Source: a virus
Taxonomy: Duplodnaviria > Caudoviricetes
IMG/VR virus record: IMGVR_UViG_3300009873_001322
Coordinates: 3,716-67,715 of that record
DNA: 64,000 nt
Reading direction: 5' to 3' (one strand)
Under the pieces are notes generated by a model, which made no database searches, was not told the origin of the DNA, and saw nothing but the letters and a program-made list of their open reading frames with translations. Below, piece by piece: positions 39,043-48,385 of the stretch (positions are counted from its first letter, which is position 1; the number at the start of each line of letters is the position of its first letter). Made by a program: the position numbers and the translations under genes.

Positions 39043-39151
39043 CTAGGATACTCCTTTCATCCACATCGCCAGGCGCAATGTGACCCGCCGCAATGAGGTT
39101 GCGGAGCCACTGCGCTGCGTAAGGTTCCCATTCGTTATAATAAGCGGCCAT
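38210..39151 (-). CDS. dcm: DNA (cytosine-5)-methyltransferase, alpha polypeptide
   Basis: FFAGLGGW (motif I), GSCPCQPFS (motif IV), GEQV (VI), HKRDRLWFVA (VIII), LGNAIVPQVA (X); start at MAAYYNE. Confidence 0.9.
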   Translation of the reverse strand: MAAYYNEWEPYAAQWLRNLIAAGHIAPGDVDERSILDVCSDDLRGYDQCHFFAGLGGWSRALRLAGWDDTRPVWTGSCPCQPFSTAGNGKKQSDERHLWPHWARLIGESKPTTIFGEQVASAIAAGWLDDVCHDLEKEGYACASAVLPACSVGAPHKRDRLWFVALAAGGDDRRITGEFRKEDGRQEQHLFSQLGSTGEIPAILANSESNHEGRLPGGAEAQQSRPECDSEIISNTPSLGSPGSRESEQSECSETQEDRETTFTEPSCGFGFWATEPNVGRVANGVPARVGRLRALGNAIVPQVAAEFIKATM

Positions 39152-39179
39152 ATCATCCGTTATCCCGATCCCTCGATGG

Positions 39180-39659
39180 TTAATTAGATTTGCTTGCATC
39201 AAAGGCTGGAGCAGGCATAACCAGCGTTTGCCAATAGGCTTTGAAGTTTTGCAGGAAATATGCTTTGCGATCTTCGAGGTCTTGAATCTCGTTTTTCTTT
39301 TTGGCAATTTCCTTATCCATCATCGCAACGATGTTGGAAGCCTCTAGACTCTCTCTATCGTTTTCGTCTGAAACGATGATTTTCTCTTTAGATTTGTCGG
39401 TGAAATATAGGAACTTGATTTCAGCCGGTGAGCCATAGGAGGGTTTTAGATAGGCGATGATGATGGTCGGCTTGTCTTGGAATGGCTCAAAACCAACAAC
39501 TGCGCCGTGATGAATTTCCACGCTATCGCTATATCCGTTAATGAGAACCTTAACCCTTGCGCCAATTTTAATATGGTCAAGCTGGCGTAGCGTTGCGGTG
39601 CGGGCGTCAACTTCAAATTTAACACCGTTGATTTCGATAATTTGGTTAGCTTCAGTCAT
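39180..39659 (-). CDS. Conserved phage hypothetical protein
   Basis: GGAG RBS; IEINGVKFEVDAR N-terminus, coiled-coil C-terminus. Confidence 0.7.
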   Translation of the reverse strand: MTEANQIIEINGVKFEVDARTATLRQLDHIKIGARVKVLINGYSDSVEIHHGAVVGFEPFQDKPTIIIAYLKPSYGSPAEIKFLYFTDKSKEKIIVSDENDRESLEASNIVAMMDKEIAKKKNEIQDLEDRKAYFLQNFKAYWQTLVMPAPAFDASKSN

Positions 39660-39692
39660 TTTATTCTCCTTTGTTATATGAACATTTACGTG

Positions 39693-39899
39693 TTATGCCG
39701 CCGTATCGTCTTTTTCGTAGTCAAGTTCTTCGACGTTTCCATCCTCATCGCAGTAGTTAGAGGCAATATCCCAGCACAACTTGATAAGTTTCTGGCGCTT
39801 CTTATGTTCACGCTCCGAACAAGACTCGTCCATGCTTTCGTAGCAATCCTGTAAATCAGATAGTGTATTTTCAAACCGGCAATAACTCATGTTTCCCAT
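39693..39899 (-). CDS. Conserved phage hypothetical protein
   Basis: MGNMSYCRFENTLSDLQDC motif. Confidence 0.65.
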   Translation of the reverse strand: MGNMSYCRFENTLSDLQDCYESMDESCSEREHKKRQKLIKLCWDIASNYCDEDGNVEELDYEKDDTAA

Positions 39900-39927
39900 A
39901 AAATCTCCTCTCATCCGTTAATTAAAA

Positions 39928-40122
39928 CTACTTCCGCTTCTTCCTATCCGGCGCTTGCGTTAAAGCACTGGCGGCAGAAGTTTTGGCGCTATCAAGAACC
40001 TGGATTGCCGTATGCAACACGCGCTGAAAATGTTTAAATTCACCAATTAATTGATCTGCCTCACTCATCACATACGATGACGCTGTAGCCGATTTCTTTC
40101 TGGTCTTTTCATTCCTAGCCAT
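39928..40122 (-). CDS. Hypothetical protein
   Basis: GAGG RBS; ORF track. Confidence 0.5.
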   Translation of the reverse strand: MARNEKTRKKSATASSYVMSEADQLIGEFKHFQRVLHTAIQVLDSAKTSAASALTQAPDRKKRK

Positions 40123-40126
40123 AACT

Positions 40127-40312
40127 CTACCTCCCCAGTTGTTTACGTTCTTTTATCCAGTTGCAGCTGTAGCGCTCCTCATACCACTCACGCATTAGCC
40201 TATAATTATCCGCATCCTTCGGTGACTTCTCCGCCTTATCCTGAAGCTCACAAAGCAAGCGCCTTTGATTTTCGCGCTGTCTAACTGCTTTAAGTTTCTC
40301 TGCGTGAGTCAC
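40127..40312 (-). CDS. Hypothetical protein
   Basis: ORF track. Confidence 0.5.
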   Translation of the reverse strand: MTHAEKLKAVRQRENQRRLLCELQDKAEKSPKDADNYRLMREWYEERYSCNWIKERKQLGR

Positions 40313-40488
40313 TTTTATCTTCCCTCTATATATCCTTCATCATGGTTTTAAACGTACTCTGGTCTATAATGTCGAAAGGATTAACATTATAACAGCAAGC
40401 TTGCTCAAATACACGAGTCGCTTCCCTCTCGCCTATAAGATAAGTCTCGCCACGTTTATAATGCTCAAAATCTTTAAAGAATTTAACC

Positions 40489-40746
40489 CTAATCACGGTC
40501 ATCTCCTCTATATGGATTGGATGATTCCGGTAGCTGTTTAAAATCCACTCCCAATTCGTTATCGACTTTTTGTATTTCGTCATTAGCTTTTCTATGCGCG
40601 TGGGCAATAGCATCTTGTTGAGCATCGGCCTGGGTATCGAAATAACCGGCGCACTCATCTTGTTTGGTAGTCCAAGCATATCCCTTAATTCCGATACCAG
40701 AATAGTATTCTATATTGTATTCGGTGCCGTTTAAAAAGAATTGCAT
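40489..40746 (-). CDS. Hypothetical protein, first gene of the leftward early operon
   Basis: GGGA RBS; downstream of a leftward promoter. Confidence 0.55.
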   Translation of the reverse strand: MQFFLNGTEYNIEYYSGIGIKGYAWTTKQDECAGYFDTQADAQQDAIAHAHRKANDEIQKVDNELGVDFKQLPESSNPYRGDDRD

Positions 40747-40769
40747 ATGTTTCCCTATTTAAAATCTAA

Positions 40770-40809
40770 TTGACAAACGCACCCTATCATGCTAAAAAGG
40801 TATAGTCAA
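40770..40809. promoter_or_regulatory. Interdigitated divergent sigma70 promoters
   Basis: Plus: TTGACA-N17-TAAAAA (40770-40798); minus: TTGACT-N17-TAGGGT (40809-40781); both have extended -10 TG. Confidence 0.55.
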
Positions 40810-40833
40810 GCACAAAAAAGCACAAAAGGATAA

Positions 40834-41013
40834 ATGATGAGAAAGCTCAAAAAATCCAAGTCCGATAATAAAGCAAGTGAACGTATTGTCACTTACGTTT
40901 CTCAGGAAATGATTGAATGGGTAAGGGCTGAAGCTAATCGTCTAGCAATGAACGAAAGCGCATTTATACGTTATACATTACAGCAAACAATGAACGGGGT
41001 AACGGTTCCCTAG
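40834..41013 (+). CDS. RHH/CopG-like regulator, 59 aa
   Basis: Hand translation ...ERIVTYVSQEMIEWVRAEANRLAMNESAFIRYTL; AAGGA RBS. Confidence 0.65.
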   Translation: MMRKLKKSKSDNKASERIVTYVSQEMIEWVRAEANRLAMNESAFIRYTLQQTMNGVTVP

Positions 41014-41043
41014 TCGTTACCTCACTCCTTTAAGGAGAGTCTA

Positions 41044-41286
41044 ATGGTCACACCTCACATATTCCCTATAGGTTCGCAAGTATGCTGCCAAGGCAGGCCA
41101 GCTTACATTATAACTATCCAACGCGGCACGCGGCATGACTCAGGCCAGCAGGAGGGTATCTATTACGGGGTGAGCCATATTGAAAATGCTAGGAAGCCAT
41201 CCTTTATAGTTCATAATAGTCAGGTGTGGGAAATGTCTGCCAATGTCGAAGCAGAAGCGCAAAAGATTTCCCTAGTAAAAGCATGA
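41044..41286 (+). CDS. Hypothetical protein (SH3/KOW-like beta protein)
   Basis: AAGGAG RBS; FPIGSQV...YYGV pattern. Confidence 0.55.
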   Translation: MVTPHIFPIGSQVCCQGRPAYIITIQRGTRHDSGQQEGIYYGVSHIENARKPSFIVHNSQVWEMSANVEAEAQKISLVKA

Positions 41287-41541
41287 AGCCCGAATCACAG
41301 ACGGATAAAGAACGAGACTTTTGGCTTGGTTATAATGCCTGCAAGGCTCCAGAGCCAGACGCTATCCCCTTAAAATACTACAAACACTTTATAATGGGTA
41401 GCCCCTATCCGGTTAAAAAATTGGTTGATGAGGTGGCGTAATGAAAAAGTCTCCGATAGTCGTGATAAAAAAGATCAGAAAACCTAAGGAGCTGATTGTA
41501 TTCTTTAGGCCGGAGCCTGTTTTGGTGAAGCCGATTAAAAA

Positions 41542-41709
41542 ATGAAATGCGTCCACTCAAAATCTAAAATAATAAACACCCGCAAATGGGGTAAGGGTGG
41601 ATCGACCAAGGCTTTCCAATATATCCAGTACAGGCGCAGGGTGTGTCTTAATTGCAAAAAGCGTTTCTCAACCTATGAGATGACACTTTCTCAGGCCACC
41701 AAGGTTTAG
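41542..41709 (+). CDS. NrdR-N-terminus-like zinc-ribbon protein, 55 aa
   Basis: MKCVH...INTR...YRRRVCLNCKKRFSTYE, matching the NrdR RRRRxCxxCxxRFTTYE pattern. Confidence 0.65.
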   Translation: MKCVHSKSKIINTRKWGKGGSTKAFQYIQYRRRVCLNCKKRFSTYEMTLSQATKV

Positions 41710-41933
41710 CAACACTTGCCAAAGAAATAATAGATCGGAAGTATAAGAACGATGAGTGGGGAAGAAAAACCAAATTTTACCGTCGTCATCAAAAGGCGCC
41801 CCAAAATTCCAAAGGATTTGCTGATATACTTCACGCCGGAAACGAAGGTTGAGCTGGTGAAGTCAGGATATGCGCGGGGATATGTGCCTGAGCCGACAGC
41901 GAAACCGCATAAAAAGGGAAAGTAAGTAACTAC

Positions 41934-42296
41934 TCATTCCGTTCTGTAATCAGTGAGTTCCTTTAGCGTATCAACCCATTCCGTAATAATTCTTTTTCCT
42001 TCTAAAAATCCATATGCTACAGCGCGAGAGAAATTGAGAGGATGAGAAGTGTCAAATTTTTCATTCCATTCGATCTGAGATAGCAATAGTTTTCCTTTTT
42101 TCTTTTTTAACTCAAGAAACAAAACACAGCCATATATCATGTCGAATAAAAGCAAATCAGTGATGCCTGGACTGCCAATTTGTTTTGTTTCTTTATAGTT
42201 TTTTTCATTTGCCGTGGCTGTAATGATGAGATGGGGATAAGTTTCTTTTACCCAAAGAATAATGGCGGATTGGATAGCATTTTCGATTCTATTCAT
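41934..42296 (-). CDS. VRR-NUC domain nuclease
   Basis: ENAIQSAI, PGITDL, FLELKKKKGKL..SQ motifs. Confidence 0.85.
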   Translation of the reverse strand: MNRIENAIQSAIILWVKETYPHLIITATANEKNYKETKQIGSPGITDLLLFDMIYGCVLFLELKKKKGKLLLSQIEWNEKFDTSHPLNFSRAVAYGFLEGKRIITEWVDTLKELTDYRTE

Positions 42297-42298
42297 GG

Positions 42299-43963
42299 CT
42301 AATACGGAATAAAGTCGCCATCAAGGATTTCATCCATGGTCTTTTGCGGCTCCATCTTCATCTCATCCCAAATATATTTTATAATCTTGGGAAATTTTTC
42401 GGAGTGATCGACCACTATCTGGCTTGGTTTTTTCAAGTTACCGGCATGATAAAGCAGAGTCTGCATATCATAATTCCATATCCCGCCAAATGCATCCCAG
42501 CCTCTTTCTTTGAAAAAAGAATGTGCCTTTCCTCTGGCGTATTCACTGGTATTATGTGGGGAAAGCCACTCGCTTATTGCTCCATATTTATTTGCGCCAG
42601 GACAATGATAATCAACACGCAAACTTGTTGTTCCCTTTTTTCGGCTTACATGTTCATGATATGAAACACCGGTTACAGTATAGATTTCTGTCTCTCCAGT
42701 ATAAATAGTTTTGCTTTCTGTGTCGGGGTTGTGGTTGTGATCCACCTTTGAATTTTCTGGTTCTGGGAAGACATATCCGCAATCCGAACATTCTCGTATA
42801 TTGGCACCAGGAAACCACGATTCACATACGGGGCAAATTCGCCCTATTTCTCGCTTTGCTTCTTTTTTTGATTTCTCTTTATAGGGAGATCCCAGCGCCC
42901 CATGCCTACGAAAATTTCCGCCCAAATCAATTACGGTAAAAGATGTTTTGTTTAAGTGTGGGGCGGGACGAGTGCCTCGATAAACTATCTGTTCAAATTT
43001 TCCTCGGCTGACCGTGCTGGTAAAAATAGCAATGCAATCTATGGGCGGGCAGTCCCATCCCTCAATAAGAAGCGCTACGTTAATGAGATATTTGAATTCC
43101 CGGCGCGCGAAGGAATCCAACGTAAGGGATAATTCATCCTTTGGTGTCTCGCCGTCCACATACACCACATTAGAAAAACCATTATCCAACATGGCTTGTT
43201 GCAGCACCTTACCATGCTTGCGGCTTTGAGTAAAAATAACTACGGAATGGCGATCCTTGGCATATTTCTGCAATGCTTCTATGGATTTTGCCAATAGTTC
43301 AGGCTCCAGATAAATATCTTCAAGCTGCTGGCCGTTATATTCACCACGAACGATTTGAACATCGCTTAAATCGATGTCTCCTGGCGTTTTAGGGGGTGCT
43401 GGCGGTATTAGCCATCCACCGTCAATAAGGGCTTGGATAGGTATCTCGCATATCTTATCGCCAAAATTAAGGCTTCCGCTTGCAGTGCGCCAGTCCGTGG
43501 CGGTGAAACCGATTATTTGCGGCTCACCTATCGCTTTGATGAATTTCCAATATTGCGTATCGCTTTCGTCGTCGGGATGCAGGTTTTGCACTTCATCTAT
43601 GAGAAGGATTAGATTGCCGCCGTTTAATGCTTCTCCCATGCTATAAATAGATTGTATGGAGGCAATCGTAATAGGACGATGCAGTATTTTCTCGCCTATT
43701 CCGGCGCAATAAATACCGATATGTTGCCAATATTCAGGAGAGAATTTATCCCTGTTTTGCGTCAATAGTTTTTCGTTGCGGGCAAGTATGATAATACGCT
43801 TGCCAGCATCGAAGCAAAACTCTGCTGTTTTTGCTATTAAAACGGATTTGCCCGATCCCCCCGGCGCTTTAACATATCCATTGGAATCGGGCTTGTATTT
43901 AATCCAGTTTTTAATAGCCGTTAGAGCATAGTCCTGATATGGACGATCCTCTTTTACGAACAT
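42299..43963 (-). CDS. Superfamily 2 (DEAD/DEAH, ResIII/YejH-like) helicase with C-terminal Zn finger
   Basis: PGGSGKS, IDEVQ, FTAT, EGWDCP, QIVYRGTR motifs; CPVC..CSDC. Confidence 0.9.
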   Translation of the reverse strand: MFVKEDRPYQDYALTAIKNWIKYKPDSNGYVKAPGGSGKSVLIAKTAEFCFDAGKRIIILARNEKLLTQNRDKFSPEYWQHIGIYCAGIGEKILHRPITIASIQSIYSMGEALNGGNLILLIDEVQNLHPDDESDTQYWKFIKAIGEPQIIGFTATDWRTASGSLNFGDKICEIPIQALIDGGWLIPPAPPKTPGDIDLSDVQIVRGEYNGQQLEDIYLEPELLAKSIEALQKYAKDRHSVVIFTQSRKHGKVLQQAMLDNGFSNVVYVDGETPKDELSLTLDSFARREFKYLINVALLIEGWDCPPIDCIAIFTSTVSRGKFEQIVYRGTRPAPHLNKTSFTVIDLGGNFRRHGALGSPYKEKSKKEAKREIGRICPVCESWFPGANIRECSDCGYVFPEPENSKVDHNHNPDTESKTIYTGETEIYTVTGVSYHEHVSRKKGTTSLRVDYHCPGANKYGAISEWLSPHNTSEYARGKAHSFFKERGWDAFGGIWNYDMQTLLYHAGNLKKPSQIVVDHSEKFPKIIKYIWDEMKMEPQKTMDEILDGDFIPY

Positions 43964-44221
43964 CTAAACAAAAAGCGCCATTTGGCCGGATGCTTCGATA
44001 TAACTGTTAGCGGCTGCTTTCAGTTCTTCATCCAGCGGTTTTCGTATTTGCTTTACCGCAATTTGTAACGCCTTCATATCAAGGCCAGATGCCTTAGCCT
44101 CTGCTTTTAGTTCCTTAATATCTTCAGCTAAACCATCCTTTTCGTCCAGCAATGTACATAAGCGATTGATTATGGTTTTTGGGTCAGCCGAATTATGGCC
44201 TTTGGTGGCTGCTTTTGACAT
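43964..44221 (-). CDS. gapR: GapR-like (DUF2312) nucleoid-associated protein
   Basis: GHNS, LLDEKDGLAEDIKELKAEAKASGLDMKAL pattern. Confidence 0.8.
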   Translation of the reverse strand: MSKAATKGHNSADPKTIINRLCTLLDEKDGLAEDIKELKAEAKASGLDMKALQIAVKQIRKPLDEELKAAANSYIEASGQMALFV

Positions 44222-44236
44222 GGGTAGCGCTCCTTT

Positions 44237-44635
44237 TTAGAATGGTGCTTTCGTTTCTGCTTCATAATTCTCCGGCAGATACTTCTTAATCTCAGTATAA
44301 TCCGGATTCTTCTTCTGAACCTCCACCTGAATCGTAAACACGCGCCCTTTGATTGGAGACGATGCTGTAACTGCTTTGCCAGTCGCATCAGCTATGCGCT
44401 TAACCGCTTGTTTGGCGATATTGGCTGTTTGAGGATTGGAGTGTTTCGTATTATACCAGCACTTGCCTTTTCGCCCCTTGTTATCACCGCTCAATACTTC
44501 GTATTCTACGATAAAGCCATTACCCTTCGGATCATCCTCTTCCGATAAGGCCATTACTTTGTAGGTGCCTACTGGAAGCCCCTGTTTATCGTACTGAACG
44601 TCATCGGTTGAATTAAAGCCATAATCTGTGGTCAT
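44237..44635 (-). CDS. DUF669-family single-stranded DNA-binding protein
   Basis: LPVGTYKV, ANIAKQ, EIKKY motifs, acidic/APF C-terminus. Confidence 0.75.
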   Translation of the reverse strand: MTTDYGFNSTDDVQYDKQGLPVGTYKVMALSEEDDPKGNGFIVEYEVLSGDNKGRKGKCWYNTKHSNPQTANIAKQAVKRIADATGKAVTASSPIKGRVFTIQVEVQKKNPDYTEIKKYLPENYEAETKAPF

Positions 44636-44636
44636 A

Positions 44637-45428
44637 TTATTTTACTCCTTTGGTTATGTATTTTTTCAGTTCGTTATAATCAAGCGGCAAGTCCCTATCC
44701 AATTTCATCCTACCGCCGCCGATATAGGATGCGCTGTTACCCGATAAGAGCATCGGTTTTGGTTCGCTTGTTTTCATGCCCTCTTCTGCAACATGAAAAA
44801 CCTTATCGCAGAATAAAATGAGATCGCTCCATTCCATCAGCTTATGGCCGAATCCTTTAGCAAAAAACTTAAGTTCATAACGATTGTAAGGATCAGTAAG
44901 CGGTGTGGTTACTTCACGCAATTGGCTATGCGCGATAAAAACAGCCTTGATACCTTTCTTTTCGTAGATAAGATTCAGCGCCGTAATCACGCGCAGGCAT
45001 TCATTCATAACAAGCAGATAGCCATTGCCATACGCATAGCCATCATATTTTTTATCGGTGATTTTTACGCCGTGTTGCGCTTCAATCTTGGCAATAGCGA
45101 GAGATTCCAGCCAATCGGCTGAGTCGATAACAAGCGTTCCGGCCTTGAATTTATCATCAGTCAGAATGTACTCCAGCCATTTAATCACTTCGTCAAAAGT
45201 TTTCAGCTTAGGAGTGGCGCGCACCTTCTTGTCCAAGTAACCAAGGCCGCCTTCGATATCCAGAAAAAACACGTCCTCTATGGCTGCGCAAAAGCGGCTT
45301 TTGCCAAGTTTGGGAGGGCCATAAATTACCATTTTCGCGGGCATTTCATTTGACTGCCCCACCGTCACCTCTGCGAAAGGATTAGGCGCTGGTGCGGATG
45401 GAGTTACGGGTTCTTGTGGTGTTGTCAT
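44637..45428 (-). CDS. AAA_24 ATPase (Sak4-like annealing/loader protein)
   Basis: YGPPKLGKS, FLDIEGG, LVIDSADWLE, FIAHS motifs. Confidence 0.85.
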   Translation of the reverse strand: MTTPQEPVTPSAPAPNPFAEVTVGQSNEMPAKMVIYGPPKLGKSRFCAAIEDVFFLDIEGGLGYLDKKVRATPKLKTFDEVIKWLEYILTDDKFKAGTLVIDSADWLESLAIAKIEAQHGVKITDKKYDGYAYGNGYLLVMNECLRVITALNLIYEKKGIKAVFIAHSQLREVTTPLTDPYNRYELKFFAKGFGHKLMEWSDLILFCDKVFHVAEEGMKTSEPKPMLLSGNSASYIGGGRMKLDRDLPLDYNELKKYITKGVK

Positions 45429-45448
45429 GTTGTCAATATCCTTTCATG

Positions 45449-45829
45449 TTATTTCGTGGTTATAGTTATTTTCTGATTCGTTTTGATAGAATACCAATTT
45501 GCTCCGGCTGGGCGCAATTCTTTAATAAGGATCTTGTTCGGCTCCTTGACAATTTTCTCACGAATAAACTGTGACGGTATAGCATCAATATCAGGGCAAT
45601 CCACTACTTCGGATATACCGATAGTAATTTTATGGGTTCCCACCTCAAATTGCTTGAGGCCATTGGCATTTACATAGTCAAGCAATGCTTGTTCCGTATC
45701 GGCAAGCCGCTTTTCCAATTCATTCTGTTTGAATTTGCGCGCCGATGATTCTTGCTTAAAGAGTTCCAGGGCATGACGGGCATCGAGCAATTGTTGCGTC
45801 AAAAAACCTTCTTCATCATCATTTGTCAT
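45449..45829 (-). CDS. Siphovirus Gp157-like protein
   Basis: Coiled coil followed by DAIPSQF..EPNKILIK. Confidence 0.55.
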   Translation of the reverse strand: MTNDDEEGFLTQQLLDARHALELFKQESSARKFKQNELEKRLADTEQALLDYVNANGLKQFEVGTHKITIGISEVVDCPDIDAIPSQFIREKIVKEPNKILIKELRPAGANWYSIKTNQKITITTK

Positions 45830-45927
45830 CGTTATAAATTTTCCATAAATTTGTAATTGTCAGAGCCTACGGAGATGTGTTATAGCTCGTTTATTCTATA
45901 ATGTCTATGGAAAAATAAGGATGCATT

Positions 45928-46206
45928 ATGAAATTATCGCAGCGCCTAAAGGAATTAAGAAAAAACAAAGGCTTAACACTTTCTCAGGTTGCTCGTAGAT
46001 GTGAATGTTCCTTTCAATATATATCCAATTTAGAAAACGATAAGGCATTTAGACCTAAAATAGAATTACTTTATAAATTAGCCGCTTATTATGATTTTCC
46101 CTCGGATGTTCTCATCAACGAAGCGGGGAAAATTCCTCAAGATGTTTATTGGAAAATTGTAAACAACCCCCCATTAGTTCAAGTTATCCGCGATTATCCT
46201 GAGTAG
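45928..46206 (+). CDS. XRE-family HTH regulator
   Basis: RLKELRKNKGLTLSQVA...YISNLEND motif. Confidence 0.9.
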   Translation: MKLSQRLKELRKNKGLTLSQVARRCECSFQYISNLENDKAFRPKIELLYKLAAYYDFPSDVLINEAGKIPQDVYWKIVNNPPLVQVIRDYPE

Positions 46207-46218
46207 GGAAAAGTAGCG

Positions 46219-48225
46219 ATGTCTTTGAGCAATGCTTTTTCCAATGCTGATTTGATTGTCGGAGAGATAATCAAGGACGAGCAACTCCATCGTTGCGGCA
46301 CGCGCAAAAAGCCAAAGGGAAAAAATGGCTGGTACATTGTTTTTGACAATGGGAAGGCCGCTATTTTCGGCAATTGGGAAAATGGTGATGGATATGAATA
46401 TTGGCGTGAAGACGGAAATACCGAATATACGCCTATTGATAAAGAGCGCATAAGAAAATTCAAAGAACAAAAAGAGGAATCGCACCTAAAAAATTCAGAA
46501 GAGGCGCTTTCATTTTATGAGTCTTGCGCCAAAGAAGGGTTCAGCGATTATTTAAAGAGAAAACGGATTTATCCGTATGGAGCAAGATTTGACGGTAGTG
46601 TTTTGATTATCCCGTGCCAAGATGCAAACGGGAAAATCTGGAGCTACCAGAAAATATACAGTGATGGATCAAAATATTTTATGCCGGGTGGAAAAGTTTC
46701 CGGCTGTTATTATGCTATCTTTCCCAACAGAAATATATCCCGCGATGAATTGGTAGTGGTTTGTGAAGGCTTTGCAACCGGCGCGACCATACATCAGGAA
46801 ACGGGTTTGCCGGTAATTGTTGCGTTTAACGCGGGAAATATTAAAACCGTATGTGAAACGGTTATTTTCCGCAATCTTCTTATCGCAGCGGATAACGATG
46901 TCTCCGGTGTCGGAGAAAAAGCAGCGCAGGAAAGCGGCTATCCCTATGTAATGCCGAAAGTGGAGGGATTCGATTACAGCGATTTATTTCTTGATGGGAA
47001 AGATTTTAAATCCGACTTTGAGAAAAAAGAGGAAGAATATCAGCAAATCAGAGTTACCGGCCTTGTCGGAGAAATAGCCGATTGGATCACTGCTACAGCC
47101 ATTCGACCACAACCCGAATTATCCCTTGCCGCTGCAATTGCTTTCATGGGCATGGTCAAGAGCAGGCGAATTAAGGGGAAATATAATTTACGGACTAACT
47201 GGTATAGCCTCGCTCTGGCCCCGACCGGCGGCGGCAAGGATCATCCTATTTATGCCATAAACAGATTAGCGAAAGCCTGCGGTTTATATGATAATTTAAT
47301 GGGCAAGCCTACCAGTGGCACGGGATTGCTTACGGGACTTTTAAAAGCCAAGCTGGCAGCTTTATTAGTTGTAGATGAAATAGGCCGTTATATAGGAAAT
47401 ATCAGCCAAAAAGGCTCCGGCACCCATATGCGGGAAATTACCGATTATTTCGTAGAACTTTTCAGTTCAGCCGGGCGCTCTTTCGAGGGGCGGCAATATG
47501 CCAATGAAAAAGTCAATCCGCAGATAAAATTCGATCAAGGGCATTTGAGCGTTTTGGGTTATTCCGTAAAAGAAAAATTGCAGGCGGCTTGTAGTAGCTC
47601 GGAGGTAGTGGACGGCTTTCTCAATCGCTGGGTTTTGTTTTCCACCGATAACCGCCCTCCGAAACAAGTGCGTACTAGGGAAGATTCGCCGCCTGAAAAT
47701 ATAATAGAGAAGGTAAAGGGATGGCAGAATGAATTTCCCTTGCAAATAGATAATTACGGCGATCTCAATCCTATTGTTATTTCATTTACGCCGGAAGCAT
47801 GGGAAATTTTTCTTGCTTTTGATGAAAAAATGGAAAAATCCATAGCTAATGCCTCCTATCCCATTGATAAACTATATACCCGCAGCGCCGAACACGTTGA
47901 AAAACTAGCCATGATTCTTGCCGATGGCGCATTTATTGGCGTTCCGGAAGTCACGCAAGCAATCGCTATTGTCGAAAGATCAAATAAAGCGCTTATTAGA
48001 TTTTGCAATATGATCGCTGATAATATATCGGAGCAGGATTACATAAAGGTGCGCGAGAAAATAAAAGAAGCGGGAGAGATAAAAAGATCGCACCTCACCA
48101 TGAAATGCCAATTCGTGCAGGGAGGCGCGAAAAGAATTTCCGATATAATAAACGTCCTTTTGGAAGGAAATATTATAGCAGAGTCAAAAAAAGGCAATAA
48201 GACAATCTATAAGTGGATTGGCTAG
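46219..48225 (+). CDS. Toprim DNA primase fused to a DUF3987-like ATPase/helicase domain
   Basis: KNGWY, WSYQKI, VCEGFATG, IAADND, APTGGGK, DGFLNRW motifs. Confidence 0.85.
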   Translation: MSLSNAFSNADLIVGEIIKDEQLHRCGTRKKPKGKNGWYIVFDNGKAAIFGNWENGDGYEYWREDGNTEYTPIDKERIRKFKEQKEESHLKNSEEALSFYESCAKEGFSDYLKRKRIYPYGARFDGSVLIIPCQDANGKIWSYQKIYSDGSKYFMPGGKVSGCYYAIFPNRNISRDELVVVCEGFATGATIHQETGLPVIVAFNAGNIKTVCETVIFRNLLIAADNDVSGVGEKAAQESGYPYVMPKVEGFDYSDLFLDGKDFKSDFEKKEEEYQQIRVTGLVGEIADWITATAIRPQPELSLAAAIAFMGMVKSRRIKGKYNLRTNWYSLALAPTGGGKDHPIYAINRLAKACGLYDNLMGKPTSGTGLLTGLLKAKLAALLVVDEIGRYIGNISQKGSGTHMREITDYFVELFSSAGRSFEGRQYANEKVNPQIKFDQGHLSVLGYSVKEKLQAACSSSEVVDGFLNRWVLFSTDNRPPKQVRTREDSPPENIIEKVKGWQNEFPLQIDNYGDLNPIVISFTPEAWEIFLAFDEKMEKSIANASYPIDKLYTRSAEHVEKLAMILADGAFIGVPEVTQAIAIVERSNKALIRFCNMIADNISEQDYIKVREKIKEAGEIKRSHLTMKCQFVQGGAKRISDIINVLLEGNIIAESKKGNKTIYKWIG

Positions 48226-48247
48226 TCTAAGTGCGCGCCATTTTCGC

Positions 48248-48385
48248 TTAGATATTCTTTGCCAGATATTCATTGAGCGCTCGCTGTATTAATTCAAGAA
48301 GCGTTATCCCTTCTAGGGCGGCGCTGCTCTTTGCTTTTTTTACAAGTTCTAAATCCGATAAACGAATAGTGGCGTATTTCTTCAT
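48248..48385 (-). CDS. RHH DNA-binding protein, 45 aa
   Basis: Hand translation MKKYATIRLSDLELVKKAKSSAALEGITLLELIQRALNEYL; GGGG RBS. Confidence 0.65.
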   Translation of the reverse strand: MKKYATIRLSDLELVKKAKSSAALEGITLLELIQRALNEYLAKNI

